A DNA stretch of 50,295 nucleotides from a virus: the IMG/VR virus record IMGVR_UViG_3300045988_134262; one strand, given 5' to 3'. This document shows, one piece after another, positions 31,484 to 42,397 of the stretch. The number at the start of each line of letters is the position of its first letter. Within the stretch, counting starts at the first letter, position 1. The notes beneath the pieces are model-generated. The model did not search any database and was not told the DNA's origin. It saw only the letters and a list, made by a program, of their open reading frames with translations. The translations under genes and the position numbers were made by a program.

Positions 31484-32811
31484 TGAACATTAAAGAATAT
31501 TTAGAAAAACTTATTCGTTCTAAAAAAGATGAAAGAGATAAGTTATATAAAAGAATTGATGAAAGTGAAGATGTAAAAGAAATTCGTGGGATTGGTGAAA
31601 CTTTAAAAACAATTGCACAGGAAATTGCTGATGCAGAAGCACAGTTACAGGCAATTGAAAATGAACCAGAAGAAGACCCAATGAATGAACCTACAGAAGA
31701 AGGAAAAAGAGCAGAAGATGATAAGAAAGACACTACAGAAGACCCAAAGAAAGACGAAGACGAACCAACATCTGATGATGTAAAGCGTTCAAGCAACTGG
31801 GTTAAGATTGATGAAACAAACATTAGAAAATTATCAAGTACAGAAATAGAAGGAGGAAAAAAGATGGATAAAACAAAACGTGAATTATCTATCAAGGATA
31901 GAGAAGAAAGAGGAAAAGCATTAAAAGAAGGTAGATCAATCACAATTGCAAGTGATATTCTATTGCCAACATATCAGTCAAGTGATTTAGCAACTGCACC
32001 ATTTAGACAGGTTTCTTCATTCGTTGATTTAACAAAGATTAGAAATTTACAGGGTGGAGAATCATATGAAGCACCATTTACTAAATCTTATGGAGAAGGT
32101 GGAACAACTGCAGAAGGTGCAGAATATACAGAAGCAGAAACAACTTTTGGACATGCAAAAGTTAATAAAGTTAAGATTACTGCATATGCAGAATATAGCG
32201 AAGAATTAGAAAAACTTCCTAATGCAGATTATGAAGCAGAAATTAGAAAAGGTATTGTAATTGCATTAAAGAAGAAGATGGCAGAACAGCAGATTGCAGG
32301 AGCAGGAACATCTAATACTTTTATTGGTATTACATCAAAAGTTGCTGATAATACAGCCGTATTAGCATCTGATGATTTAGCAATTTCTAAGATTGACCAG
32401 GATACATTAAATGAGATTATTTTCTCTTATGGAGGAGATGAAGAAGTTGAACAGAAAGGTGTATTAATCTTAAATAAAGCAGACTTATTAGCATTCTCAT
32501 TGGTTAAAAATGAAATCGGTGAACATGCATATAAGATTGATTTAGCAAATCAGACAATTAATACAGTTCCTTATATTATCAATTCAAATTTAAAAGCATT
32601 AGAAAAGGCTAATAAAGATGAATATTGCATGATTTACGGAATTCCTATGTATTATGAAACTGCTATTTTCTCACCTGTTGAAATTAAGAAATCTTATGAT
32701 TATAAATTCAAAAATGGCATGATTGCATATAAGGGTGTTGTTTTTGCAGGTGGTAACACTACAGCATATCGTGGATTCATGAGAATTAAAAAAGGAGATC
32801 CATCAATTTAA
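31483..32811 (+). CDS. Major capsid protein (HK97 fold) with N-terminal coiled-coil delta domain
   Basis: Size and position match a major capsid protein. The N-terminus is an acidic coiled coil of about 130 aa. Confidence 0.8.
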   Translation: MNIKEYLEKLIRSKKDERDKLYKRIDESEDVKEIRGIGETLKTIAQEIADAEAQLQAIENEPEEDPMNEPTEEGKRAEDDKKDTTEDPKKDEDEPTSDDVKRSSNWVKIDETNIRKLSSTEIEGGKKMDKTKRELSIKDREERGKALKEGRSITIASDILLPTYQSSDLATAPFRQVSSFVDLTKIRNLQGGESYEAPFTKSYGEGGTTAEGAEYTEAETTFGHAKVNKVKITAYAEYSEELEKLPNADYEAEIRKGIVIALKKKMAEQQIAGAGTSNTFIGITSKVADNTAVLASDDLAISKIDQDTLNEIIFSYGGDEEVEQKGVLILNKADLLAFSLVKNEIGEHAYKIDLANQTINTVPYIINSNLKALEKANKDEYCMIYGIPMYYETAIFSPVEIKKSYDYKFKNGMIAYKGVVFAGGNTTAYRGFMRIKKGDPSI

Positions 32812-32835
32812 TCAAATAAAAGGTAGGTGATAACA

Positions 32836-33105
32836 ATGAATGATGAACTATTAATAAAAGTTAAAAAAGGCTTAGGAATAACAGGCGATTATCAAGATGA
32901 TACATTGCTAATCTATATTAATGAAGTGGAAGACTTCATGCGTGGAGCAGGTGTTTCTGATGCAATTATTAATAGTAATAGTTCTGTTGGAGTTATCACA
33001 CGTGGAGTTAGCGACTTGTGGGATTATGGAAGTGGTTCTACAGGTCTATCTCCTTATTTTAAGGAACGTGTTGTGCAATTAAGAGCAGGTGAAAAAGATG
33101 TATAG
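32836..33105 (+). CDS. Head-tail connector (gp6-like)
   Basis: LIKVKKGLGITGDYQDDTLLIYINEVEDFM is a typical gp6-like N-terminus. Confidence 0.65.
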   Translation: MNDELLIKVKKGLGITGDYQDDTLLIYINEVEDFMRGAGVSDAIINSNSSVGVITRGVSDLWDYGSGSTGLSPYFKERVVQLRAGEKDV

Positions 33106-33448
33106 ACCTATAGAAGCAAGAGACATGAAAGTACCTTTTAAATTATTTGTAGTTAGTGAATATGAGAAGGTTAAAGGAGTAATGCAACCTAAATCATATG
33201 CAGAAAAAGACTTGATATATTGTAGTTTTAAAACTTATGGAGGTACTGAAAAAGAAGTTAATGGAAGATATGTTATATATGATACTGCAAATGTTATTAC
33301 ATGGTTTAGACCAGACATTCAGAGTGATTGCAGATTAAAAAGAATGAGTGATGGAGCATTATTTGAAATTCTAAATGAACCCGAAAATATTGAAATGAAA
33401 AATCAATATCTTAAATTTAAGGTTCAGAGAATAAAAGGAAAAATGTAA
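33098..33448 (+). CDS. Head closure protein
   Basis: Call based on size and position. Confidence 0.5.
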   Translation: MYRPIEARDMKVPFKLFVVSEYEKVKGVMQPKSYAEKDLIYCSFKTYGGTEKEVNGRYVIYDTANVITWFRPDIQSDCRLKRMSDGALFEILNEPENIEMKNQYLKFKVQRIKGKM

Positions 33449-33449
33449 T

Positions 33450-33893
33450 ATGCCTACTCATAAGTTCAGCATAGACTTTGAAGAAGTCAACAACATGTTA
33501 GATGATTTAAAAAAGGTTGATGGAAATGTTAAAGAAGCAACGGAAGAAGCCTTAACTAAATCACATGAATATATAACACCATTGATAGAAAAGAAACTTG
33601 ATAAAGAAAATTTACCTGCGCATGGTAAATACGCAACAAAAGATAGAGAACATTCAATAAAGCAGATTATCCGAGAACCTAATATACAATGGACAGGGAA
33701 AACTTGCACAATTGATGTTGGATTTAACTTAAATAATTCACCTGTTCCAATTTTTCTCATTAGAGGAGGAAAAGGGGAAGCAGTAAAAGGACTTAAAACA
33801 CTTCTAGAAGGAAGTAAGACAAAAGAAAAAGTTGCAGAGATTCAGCAAGATGTTATCCTTGAAGCAATATCAAAGGCAATGCGAGGTGATTGA
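33450..33893 (+). CDS. HK97 gp10-like tail/neck component
   Basis: Call based on position. Confidence 0.45.
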   Translation: MPTHKFSIDFEEVNNMLDDLKKVDGNVKEATEEALTKSHEYITPLIEKKLDKENLPAHGKYATKDREHSIKQIIREPNIQWTGKTCTIDVGFNLNNSPVPIFLIRGGKGEAVKGLKTLLEGSKTKEKVAEIQQDVILEAISKAMRGD

Positions 33894-34241
33894 ATGGACG
33901 ATTTATTAATAGAAACACTTGAAAAAGTTGGATATGAGGTTATCAAGCAAGGAACAATAGAAGCAGATGAAGAATGTCCAAGAGCATTTTTCACTTATTG
34001 GAATTGGGATAACCCACGAAATGAACACTATGATAATAAATATCATTCAGTTACTTACTATTATCAGATACAATTTTTTAGTGATGATATAAAAATTGTT
34101 GATGTAGCAATGAATAAGGCAGTTGAACTACTAGAAAATAATGGTTTTAATATTGATGAAGAACCTACAGATACGTATAGCGATATTCCAAACTATACGG
34201 GAAAATACTTAGAAGCAAATATAGAAAAAAGGAGGAGTTAG
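33894..34241 (+). CDS. Tail completion/terminator protein
   Basis: Call based on position, immediately before the major tail protein. Confidence 0.4.
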   Translation: MDDLLIETLEKVGYEVIKQGTIEADEECPRAFFTYWNWDNPRNEHYDNKYHSVTYYYQIQFFSDDIKIVDVAMNKAVELLENNGFNIDEEPTDTYSDIPNYTGKYLEANIEKRRS

Positions 34242-34243
34242 AT

Positions 34244-34876
34244 ATGGCGAAAGCAGAAGTTGCAGAATATAGAGGTTGCGAAAATCTAGTTTATGCAGTT
34301 GTTACAAAAGACGATTCCGAAGGTTACACAACAGGAGAAGTCAAAGAGTTAGCAGGACTTGCAGAAGTCGGAGTAACAGTGGAGCAGTCAAGCGAAACTA
34401 AATACTATGATAATAACCCTGCTATAGTTTTAAAAGGACAGGGAGCAGAAACAAGAACGTTTACAATTGACCACTTACCACTTGCATTATTAGCAGAATT
34501 GACAGGACAAGATGTTGATAAGACAACAGGTGCAATCTTAGGCGGTGGAGATGTGAAAAATCCATATTTTGCAGTCGGTTATGTGACAGAAGTAACAAGT
34601 GGAATCAAGACTTACAAATGGTCATTAAAAGGAACGTTTGCTATTCCAGACGAAACAAATACAACTAAAAACGGCGGTACAGATTCAAACAATCTTTCAT
34701 TAGTTTATACAGGTATTGCAACAACTCATAAATTCACTAATGGAGGAAAGAAAACATATGTTGCATTAGAAGACGTTCAGCCAGACGGAAGCACTATTGA
34801 TATGTCAACATGGTTTGATACAGTGCAGACACCCGACACATTATCTAAATTCACTAAGAAAAGCCCAAGCGTTTAA
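34244..34876 (+). CDS. Major tail protein (phi13-like family)
   Basis: AEYRGCENLVYAVVTKDDSEGYTTGEVKELAG resembles the phi13-family N-terminus. Followed by a strong hairpin. Confidence 0.75.
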   Translation: MAKAEVAEYRGCENLVYAVVTKDDSEGYTTGEVKELAGLAEVGVTVEQSSETKYYDNNPAIVLKGQGAETRTFTIDHLPLALLAELTGQDVDKTTGAILGGGDVKNPYFAVGYVTEVTSGIKTYKWSLKGTFAIPDETNTTKNGGTDSNNLSLVYTGIATTHKFTNGGKKTYVALEDVQPDGSTIDMSTWFDTVQTPDTLSKFTKKSPSV

Positions 34877-34895
34877 ACTGAAATATTCAAATATT

Positions 34896-34950
34896 AAATA
34901 GATGGGGAAAGTGGAATTACAATTCCTCTTATTGTCTCCATCTATTTTTT
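34896..34950 (+). terminator. Nested hairpin terminator after the major tail gene
   Basis: AAATAGATGG ... CCATCTATTT encloses GGAATT-ac-AATTCC and is followed by a T-run. Confidence 0.6.
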
Positions 34951-34967
34951 AGTAAAGGAGAAAAATT

Positions 34968-35315
34968 ATGGAATTAGTATTAAATATTTATGGAAAAGAA
35001 AGAAATAAGGAAACAGGTAAAAGAGAAATTATTAAGACATATGAGACAGATGAATATGATTTAATGTTTGGAACAGTTGAGGATATTTTAACAATTTTTG
35101 ATATTGAAAACATGAATGATACAAGCGAAATCTTAAAAATGATAACTAAAGTTATGAATCAGTTAAAGCCTTTATTAAAAGATGTATTCTATGGATTGAC
35201 TGATGAAGAATTAAAGTGCATCAAAGTTAAGGAATTAATTCCTGTTGTTGTTGGCATCTTACAGATTGCAAAAGAGCAGTTCAGTGACGGCTCAAAAAAC
35301 GTGATGAGGGGATAG
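34968..35315 (+). CDS. Tail assembly chaperone (gpG-like)
   Basis: Position before the tape measure gene. Contains a slippery heptamer near its 3' end. Confidence 0.7.
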   Translation: MELVLNIYGKERNKETGKREIIKTYETDEYDLMFGTVEDILTIFDIENMNDTSEILKMITKVMNQLKPLLKDVFYGLTDEELKCIKVKELIPVVVGILQIAKEQFSDGSKNVMRG

Positions 35316-35548
35316 ATGATAATATCCCCGTTTCACAAACATTATATAAATTAACTAATAGCATATGTGAAATGTATCCTTCTTTAAATCCATTCATCAT
35401 AAGAAAGCAGAGAGCAACCGAAGTATTCAGACTTATTCGATTGATCAAGGATAGCAATAAATATAGCAATGAAACTATTGAAAGTGATGGAACAAGACAC
35501 ATGAGAAGAAATGTAACAGGAAAACGAGGAACAGGAGGGTGGATTTAA
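34968..35548 (+). CDS. Tail assembly chaperone frameshift fusion (gpGT-like)
   Basis: A -1 shift at 35294-35300 extends the product with RDEGIDDNIPVSQTLYKL...RRNVTGKRGTGGWI. Confidence 0.6.
35294..35300 (+). promoter_or_regulatory. -1 programmed frameshift slippery heptamer A_AAA_AAC
   Basis: In the gpG frame the codons read tcA AAA AAC. The -1 frame is open from 35288 to the TAA at 35546-35548. Confidence 0.7.
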
Positions 35549-35571
35549 TGTAGATAAAGGAGGTGTTATAA

Positions 35572-38500
35572 ATGGCAAAAGGTAAGGCTAAAGAAGTAAC
35601 AACTAAATTTAAAGTTGATATATCTGATTTTAAAAAAGGTATTACAGAAGCAAATAAGCAGATAAAACTTGCGAATGCTCAATTTAAAGAAGCAAGTTCT
35701 AAAATGGACGATTGGTCAAAGTCTACTGATGGACTTCAAGCAAAAATCAAGCAACTAAATTCTATAATTGAACAGCAAGAAAAGAAGTTGAATGCTTTAA
35801 AAGGAGAACAGGCAGAATATACAAAGGCTCAAGAAGAAGCAGAAAAACATGCAGAAGACTTAAGAAAGCAGATTGCAGAATTATCAAAGCAGTATGAGGA
35901 AAGCGTAAAAGCAACAGGAGAAAACTCCGAAGCATCAAAAGAATTAAAAGGTAACCTTACAGAACTTCAAAAGGAATTGAATCAGACAGTTAAGGAGCAG
36001 GAGCGAAATAAAAAAGCATCTGAAAATCTTAGCATAACAATATTGAATCAACAGGCATCTATAAACAAAACAAAGAGAGAATTAAGCAGTTATGAAAATG
36101 CTTTAAATGATGTTGAAAAAGAAAGTGTTGATACAAGAACATCACTTGAAAGACTTGAAGATACTATAAACAGTCAAGAAAAAGAGATTAAGGAATTAAA
36201 GAATGCATATATGAATGCATCACTTAAGTTTGGAGAAACATCAAGTGAAGCACAAAGCCTTGCATCAAAGATTACTAGTTTGAATGGAGACCTTGACAAG
36301 AACAAGGAAACCATGAATAACTTGAAAAGCAGTGCAAATAAATTAGGTGGCTCATTAGAGGAGACAGGAGAAGAAGCAAGAAATTCTAGCGACGGCTATA
36401 CAATTCTAAAAGATGTTGTTTCAGACTTAGCAAGCAAGGTTATTCAAGAAGCAATACAAGCATTTAAGGATTTAGCAACTGAAGGAGGAAAATCGTTAGA
36501 CCAACTACAAGCATCAACAGGTTCAAGCAATAAAGAAATGAAAGATTTCAAAGATGTGCTTGATGATCTTTATAAAAATAATTATGGCGATAGTTGGGAA
36601 GATTTAGCAGAAAAGATTTCCTTAGTTAAACAGCAGACTTCAAACATGGATTTAGGTTCTGATGAAATTAAAAACATGACAAAGAATCTTATTGTTCTTC
36701 AAGATACATTTGGAATGGATTTCAATGAAACACTTAGAGGTGTTCAAGGGTTAATGCAGAATATGGGTGTTAGTGCTGATGAAGCGTTTGACTTGATTGC
36801 TAAAGGCGCTCAAAATGGTTTGAACAAATCGGGCGAATTAGGTGACAACATTGCTGAATATTCGCAGTTATGGGGTCAAGCAGGATTTAGCGCAGAAGAG
36901 ATGTTTAAGATTCTTCAAAATGGTGTTGATAGTGGTGCATATAACCTTGATAAAGTTAATGATTTAGTAAAAGAAATTGGAATATCTATGGTTGACGGAC
37001 GTTTTGAGGAACAGATGGGAAACTTCTCAACTAAAACACAAGAATTATTTAAATCATGGAAAGATGGAAAAGCAACACAAGCAGATGTATTTAAGTCAAT
37101 CATTAATGATTTATCAACTGCAAAAGATAAGCAGAAATTATTGACAGTTGCTAGTGATACATGGAGTGCATTGGGAGAAGATAATGCAATGAAGGTTATC
37201 TCCTCATTAAATAATGTTAATGATACATATGATGATGTCGCAGGAACTATGAAAAAAGTTGATAATGTTAAATATGATAATTTAGCAAGTCAATGGACAG
37301 AAATAGGCAAAACACTTGAGGTTAATCTTATTCAGCCTATTGTGAACACATTAGAACCTGTTTTAACTGATTTATTAAAATTCGTTATTAAAAATATTGG
37401 TGTTATTGCACCGATTGTAGCAGGAGTTGCAACGGCTTTTGGAGTACTAGCAGGAGCGTTAGCAATTCAAGGACTTATAAGTGGAGTTCAGAAAGCATTT
37501 GCATTATTGAATGCAACAATTGCAATGAACCCGTTTGTATTAATTGCTAGTGCAATAGCAGGATTAGTTGTTGCATTGATATACTTGTGGAATAATTCAG
37601 AAGCATTCAGAAAATTTTGGATTGGTGCATGGGATACTATAGTAGGAGCATGTAAAACAGCAATTGATGATATTACTTCATTCTTTGGTGGCGCATGGGA
37701 TTTAATAACTGGAGTATGGGGTGGATTAGTTGATTTCTTTAGTACGTTATTTGATGGTATCATTAGTGTATTTTCTTCTATCGGTTCATTCTTTAGTGAT
37801 TTATTCAGTTCTATTGTTTCAGTTATCGAAGGAATATGGAGTGGATTAGTTGCAATATTTACAGATGTTTATGCAAGAATGGTTGAAGTGTTCCAACCTT
37901 CTATTGATTTATTCACTAGCATTTTTGGAACTATATTCAGTAATATCAAAATAACGTTTGATAATATAGTTATTATATTTCAATTTGTTTGGTCAAAAAT
38001 AGTTGAAATATTTTCTCCTGTCATTGCTTTTATTACAGATGTATTCACAAGTGCATATAACGGAATACAAGGTGCATGGAATAGTGTTGTAGGATTTTTT
38101 GCAGGAATATGGAATGGAATAGTCAGCATTTATAACGATGTTTCTTCATGGTTCTCAAGTGTTTTTAGTGGAGCAGTTAAAGGAATACAAGGAGCATGGA
38201 ATAGTGTTGTATCATTCTTTGGAGGAGTATGGAATGGTATTCAAGGAATATTCAATGCTGTAAGTTCATGGTTTGGTGGAATTTTCCAAAGTGCATGGAA
38301 TGCAGTAAAAGGAGCGTTCAGCAATGTAGGAAGTTTCTTTGGTGGAATATGGAACACTATTAAATCAGTATTTACAAACATAGGACAGAAAGTAGGACAG
38401 GCAGTTGGAGGAGCATTTAAGAGTGCTATTAATGCAGTACTTAGAACAGCGGAAAATGTTTTAAATTCTCCTATCAATGCCATTAATAGTTTGATTGGAA

Positions 38501-38859
38501 AAATAAATGGCATTCCAGGTCTAAATCTAAAGAAATTGAATACATTTAGTTTGCCAAGACTTGCACAAGGTGGACTTGCTAAAAAGAATAATCCATTTAT
38601 TGCAATGGTCGGAGATAACCCTACACAAGACGAAATAATTTCTCCTGTCAATACAATCAGAAAGATTGTTAATGAGGAATTGCAAGATGTCAAAAGAGGT
38701 TTAGGAGTTATCAATGGTGCATCAAATGTTAATAATGTTTCTAATAATAAAACAGTAAATAATACATTTAACCAATACATTACATCACCAAAAACATTAA
38801 GCACATTAGATATTTACAGACAAAGCAGAAATTTATTAAAAGGAGGAGTTAAGTCATGA
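35572..38859 (+). CDS. Tail tape measure protein
   Basis: 1095 aa. It has an N-terminal coiled coil, a central TMP core (MGVSADEAFDLIAKGAQNGL), TM segments, and C-terminal W/G/F-rich periodic repeats. Confidence 0.9.
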   Translation: MAKGKAKEVTTKFKVDISDFKKGITEANKQIKLANAQFKEASSKMDDWSKSTDGLQAKIKQLNSIIEQQEKKLNALKGEQAEYTKAQEEAEKHAEDLRKQIAELSKQYEESVKATGENSEASKELKGNLTELQKELNQTVKEQERNKKASENLSITILNQQASINKTKRELSSYENALNDVEKESVDTRTSLERLEDTINSQEKEIKELKNAYMNASLKFGETSSEAQSLASKITSLNGDLDKNKETMNNLKSSANKLGGSLEETGEEARNSSDGYTILKDVVSDLASKVIQEAIQAFKDLATEGGKSLDQLQASTGSSNKEMKDFKDVLDDLYKNNYGDSWEDLAEKISLVKQQTSNMDLGSDEIKNMTKNLIVLQDTFGMDFNETLRGVQGLMQNMGVSADEAFDLIAKGAQNGLNKSGELGDNIAEYSQLWGQAGFSAEEMFKILQNGVDSGAYNLDKVNDLVKEIGISMVDGRFEEQMGNFSTKTQELFKSWKDGKATQADVFKSIINDLSTAKDKQKLLTVASDTWSALGEDNAMKVISSLNNVNDTYDDVAGTMKKVDNVKYDNLASQWTEIGKTLEVNLIQPIVNTLEPVLTDLLKFVIKNIGVIAPIVAGVATAFGVLAGALAIQGLISGVQKAFALLNATIAMNPFVLIASAIAGLVVALIYLWNNSEAFRKFWIGAWDTIVGACKTAIDDITSFFGGAWDLITGVWGGLVDFFSTLFDGIISVFSSIGSFFSDLFSSIVSVIEGIWSGLVAIFTDVYARMVEVFQPSIDLFTSIFGTIFSNIKITFDNIVIIFQFVWSKIVEIFSPVIAFITDVFTSAYNGIQGAWNSVVGFFAGIWNGIVSIYNDVSSWFSSVFSGAVKGIQGAWNSVVSFFGGVWNGIQGIFNAVSSWFGGIFQSAWNAVKGAFSNVGSFFGGIWNTIKSVFTNIGQKVGQAVGGAFKSAINAVLRTAENVLNSPINAINSLIGKINGIPGLNLKKLNTFSLPRLAQGGLAKKNNPFIAMVGDNPTQDEIISPVNTIRKIVNEELQDVKRGLGVINGASNVNNVSNNKTVNNTFNQYITSPKTLSTLDIYRQSRNLLKGGVKS

Positions 38860-39716
38860 TTAAGATAACTGTTGAAAATTCAAAAGGAAAACGATTATGT
38901 TTAACTGATGATGAAAACAAATATCAGATTGAATCAGTCTTAGGGCTTAACCCTCCTACTGCTGATATTGCAATGAGCGATAATATTGAAGATGGTGCAG
39001 ATTTTGTGCATTCTAGAATAGGAACAAGAAATATTGTTATTAATCTAGTCATAAAAGGATATGTTGAAGAAAATAGATTGCTGTTGTATGAGTATTTTCC
39101 TAACAAAAAAAATATTAAATTATTTTTTGAAACGGATACAAAAAAGGTATGGATTGATGGATATGTTGAAAGTAATGAACCTAACCCGTTCAATATGCTT
39201 ACAACGTGTCAGATTTCTATATTATGTCCAAATCCATTCTTTAAGGACTTGGAGGAAACCTTAACAGATATGAATATAATTGAACATAAATTCTATTTTC
39301 CTTTTTATACAGTCAATCCAAGACCATTCAGTATATATTCGCAAATAAGCATTCTAAATCTAATTAATGAAGGCAATGTTTCAAGTGGTATGACAATTGA
39401 ACTATATGCAAGAGGAGAAGTTATAAATCCAACTATATATAATCGAGATACAAAGGAATATATAGGAATCGGAAGTGCTGAAAGACCTTTTAAAATGATA
39501 AAAGGAGATACGATATTAATTACAACACATATTAATAATAAAAGAGTTAAATTGATAAGAAATGCAGTTGAAACAAATATATTTAACTACTTAAAAAAAG
39601 GCAGTAAATTCTTGCAGTTAGAAACAGGAGATAACATATTTACATATTCAGCAGAAAGTGGAAATGAATATATTGATATTGATTTTAGATATTATTCTAA
39701 TTATGAGGGAATATAA
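38856..39716 (+). CDS. Distal tail protein (Dit)
   Basis: Lies directly after the tape measure gene. Size is typical. Confidence 0.65.
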   Translation: MIKITVENSKGKRLCLTDDENKYQIESVLGLNPPTADIAMSDNIEDGADFVHSRIGTRNIVINLVIKGYVEENRLLLYEYFPNKKNIKLFFETDTKKVWIDGYVESNEPNPFNMLTTCQISILCPNPFFKDLEETLTDMNIIEHKFYFPFYTVNPRPFSIYSQISILNLINEGNVSSGMTIELYARGEVINPTIYNRDTKEYIGIGSAERPFKMIKGDTILITTHINNKRVKLIRNAVETNIFNYLKKGSKFLQLETGDNIFTYSAESGNEYIDIDFRYYSNYEGI

Positions 39717-39718
39717 TT

Positions 39719-40771
39719 ATGGACGTGATTATAGAAAATGAAAATTTTGAAAGATTGGGATTGATTGAAAATGCTGAATTAATATGGGCAACAAGATATT
39801 ATAAAAGTGGCGATTTTGAACTGCATACATCAGTTACAGAATATTATCTATCATTGATTAAAAGTGGCTTATATGTTGTGCGTGATGATGATGAAGATAA
39901 TGTTGGAATCATTGAAAATTATGAGATAGTAAGCAATACAGAAGATGGCGATAAAATAAAAGTAACAGGAAAATTCGCAGAGGGATATGTATTGAATAGT
40001 AGGGTTATATCTCAACAAACTCTTTTAAGTGGCAATGCTCAATATCAATGTAGAAACCTAGTTGAAATGAATATGATCAATGCAACTGATACTAATAGAA
40101 ATATTAGTTTTGTAAAATTAGGTTCTATTGATAATTCTATTAATGAGGATATACAAATACAGATAACAGGAGCAAACCTTTTAGATAAAATAGAAGAAAT
40201 ATGCGAATCTAAAAGAATAGGATTTAGAATGCCATTAAGAGATAATAAACTCTATTATGAGATGTATAAAGGAATTGACAGGTCATATTCGCAGAATGAG
40301 AATCCATGGGTTGTATTTAGTGATGAATATGATAATTTAAAAGAAGCAACTTATGTATATCAGACTTCAAAATTAAAAAATATTGCATATGTTGCAGGAG
40401 AAGGGGAAGGAATTGATAGAAGAATTGTAAAAGCATATAATGATATTGAGCCTAAAGGATTGAAACGTTTTGAAGTATGGGTTGACCAAAGAAATATGTC
40501 AACCAATAACGGAGAAATATCAGAAGCAGAAATAAAAAAACAGATGTCTGAGGAAGGTTTAGAAAATCTTACATCAATAACAACTGCTTTTGATGGAAGT
40601 GTCTCATTAAGTGGATATACTTATGGCAAAAATGGTGATATATACATAGGAGATATTGTTAGTATCATGAAAACTAAATGGAATAATATGTATATAAATG
40701 CTAGAATTATAGAAGCAATAGAAAGTTTTGATAAAAACGGAAAACAGATAGTTTTAACTTTTGGATTATAA
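39719..40771 (+). CDS. Tail-associated protein (Tal / Gp37-like)
   Basis: Position after Dit. The N-terminus is ENENFERLGLIENAELIWATRYYKSGDFEL. Confidence 0.55.
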   Translation: MDVIIENENFERLGLIENAELIWATRYYKSGDFELHTSVTEYYLSLIKSGLYVVRDDDEDNVGIIENYEIVSNTEDGDKIKVTGKFAEGYVLNSRVISQQTLLSGNAQYQCRNLVEMNMINATDTNRNISFVKLGSIDNSINEDIQIQITGANLLDKIEEICESKRIGFRMPLRDNKLYYEMYKGIDRSYSQNENPWVVFSDEYDNLKEATYVYQTSKLKNIAYVAGEGEGIDRRIVKAYNDIEPKGLKRFEVWVDQRNMSTNNGEISEAEIKKQMSEEGLENLTSITTAFDGSVSLSGYTYGKNGDIYIGDIVSIMKTKWNNMYINARIIEAIESFDKNGKQIVLTFGL

Positions 40772-40786
40772 AAGGAGGTGCGATAG

Positions 40787-42397
40787 ATGATTGAATTAAA
40801 AAGTGGATTTTTCAACGCAGTTATGGTGGATAACGAACCAGATAGAATATATACTGCAGAACAGGTTAATGACTATTTTAAAGGCTTGATTTCTGATAAT
40901 GGAATATTCGCAACAGTTTCAAATGCCTGCCAAGTTATCAAAAATACAGGTATGAGGGTTATTATAAAATCGGGCAGGGGGAAAGTAGGAAATAATTGGT
41001 TTGAGATTGATAAGGATTATACTATTGATATTCCTTCAAGTGATGTAATTTTAAACAGAATTGATAGAATCGTTATCTCAAGAGATAATAGCACACGTTC
41101 AACACAATTAAAATTATTGAAAGGTGAATTATCCTCAAGTCCTACACCTCCAACATTAACAAGAGATGAAACAACGTATGAGATATGTCTAGCAAATATC
41201 ATTGTAAATAAGAATACAACTGCAATCACTGATTCTATGATTCAAGATACACGTTCAAATAATTCTGTTTGTGGGTGGATTGTTGGGTTGATTGAACAGT
41301 TTGATACAACAACATTATTTAATCAATATAAAGATGCTCAAGATACATTCATTGATGAAACAAGCAAAAATTTCACAAATTGGGAGATATCACAAAAAAG
41401 CAATTTTGATGCTTGGTTTAACAATATCAAAGAAACTGTTAAAACTGCGAATATCTATAGAGAATATAAAGCATTATATGCAACAACTTATGAAAACGAA
41501 AAAACATTAACTATCCCTAGTACAATAAATTTTGTGAATAATTCGCTTGATATATTGGAAATTCGTATAAATGATTTTGTACTTGCAAAAGATGAATTTA
41601 GCATCAATACTCAAGGAACACAAGTAATACTTACTAATCCAATAGATAAGATAGGCACAAGAATAGAATTTGTAAATAAAAAATGTGTTGAAGGAACAGT
41701 TGCAGAAAGTACTGTAACAAGACTTGATAAATTAGAAAATAAAGTAAATTCTATTGGCGAATATGTATATGAAGCGACAGGAGATAATGATAATAAAGCA
41801 TTATCAACTATAGTGAAAAATTTCTTGAATGGTGTTGGCAATTATGCAAGTGTTCAAGATAATTCACAACTATATATATTAGTAAGTGGAACATTAGGAA
41901 TTGCTTCATCTATTGATAATAATGTATTTGATTTTACAAGTGACACAACTTCAAAAAGAAAAGCAATCATTGACTTTTCAAGAGCAACTATACCTAATAT
42001 AACATTGACTGATACAACATTAACAGTAATGAGATGTGGTGATAATATCACTATCAAAAATGCTAATATAAAGATTGAGCAAAACAATTCACAAACTATA
42101 TATAGTTTGTATGGAGGAGATCACGAAAATATAAGCGTATATATCAATGGTACTTATGGAACATTATATGGTGCTTATGATTGTCATAGCATTTTGAATA
42201 GCAATATTAATATTGAGAATGCGACAGGAACATGCTATGGTTGCTACTTATGTAAAAAGGTGTTATATAATGAAATCAATATAAATAGTGGAACAAGTAT
42301 AGAAGCAAGTGGAAAGCAGTTACTCATGGGCAACTTCGTAAATCAACCTATAAACGCAGATGATGCGGTTACAAATATAGGAACTATCACATTATAA
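40787..42397 (+). CDS. Putative receptor-binding tail protein
   Basis: This is the last structural gene. The C-terminal half is N/T/S-rich. Confidence 0.5.
   Translation: MIELKSGFFNAVMVDNEPDRIYTAEQVNDYFKGLISDNGIFATVSNACQVIKNTGMRVIIKSGRGKVGNNWFEIDKDYTIDIPSSDVILNRIDRIVISRDNSTRSTQLKLLKGELSSSPTPPTLTRDETTYEICLANIIVNKNTTAITDSMIQDTRSNNSVCGWIVGLIEQFDTTTLFNQYKDAQDTFIDETSKNFTNWEISQKSNFDAWFNNIKETVKTANIYREYKALYATTYENEKTLTIPSTINFVNNSLDILEIRINDFVLAKDEFSINTQGTQVILTNPIDKIGTRIEFVNKKCVEGTVAESTVTRLDKLENKVNSIGEYVYEATGDNDNKALSTIVKNFLNGVGNYASVQDNSQLYILVSGTLGIASSIDNNVFDFTSDTTSKRKAIIDFSRATIPNITLTDTTLTVMRCGDNITIKNANIKIEQNNSQTIYSLYGGDHENISVYINGTYGTLYGAYDCHSILNSNINIENATGTCYGCYLCKKVLYNEININSGTSIEASGKQLLMGNFVNQPINADDAVTNIGTITL

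Noticed and set aside
31476-31943. 155-aa minus-strand ORF (Ser/Phe-rich), antisense to the protease end and capsid gene start
   Set aside because: It lies entirely inside well-supported + strand genes, has no RBS and has low-complexity composition. It is a typical antisense artefact of a purine-rich coding strand.
37740-38420. Periodic W/G/F-rich repeats (GIQGAWNSVV.FF.G.WNGI...) in the tape measure C-terminal third
   Set aside because: Such internal repeats are a normal feature of tape measure proteins and are not a separate element.
38241-38804. 187-aa minus-strand ORF inside the tape measure gene
   Set aside because: It is antisense to a confidently called 1095-aa gene, with no RBS or promoter and no recognisable motif.
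39061-39264. 67-aa + strand ORF in an alternative frame inside the Dit gene (likewise 41292..41510 inside the receptor-binding gene)
   Set aside because: They are fully nested in longer genes that have a proper context, and they have no RBS.
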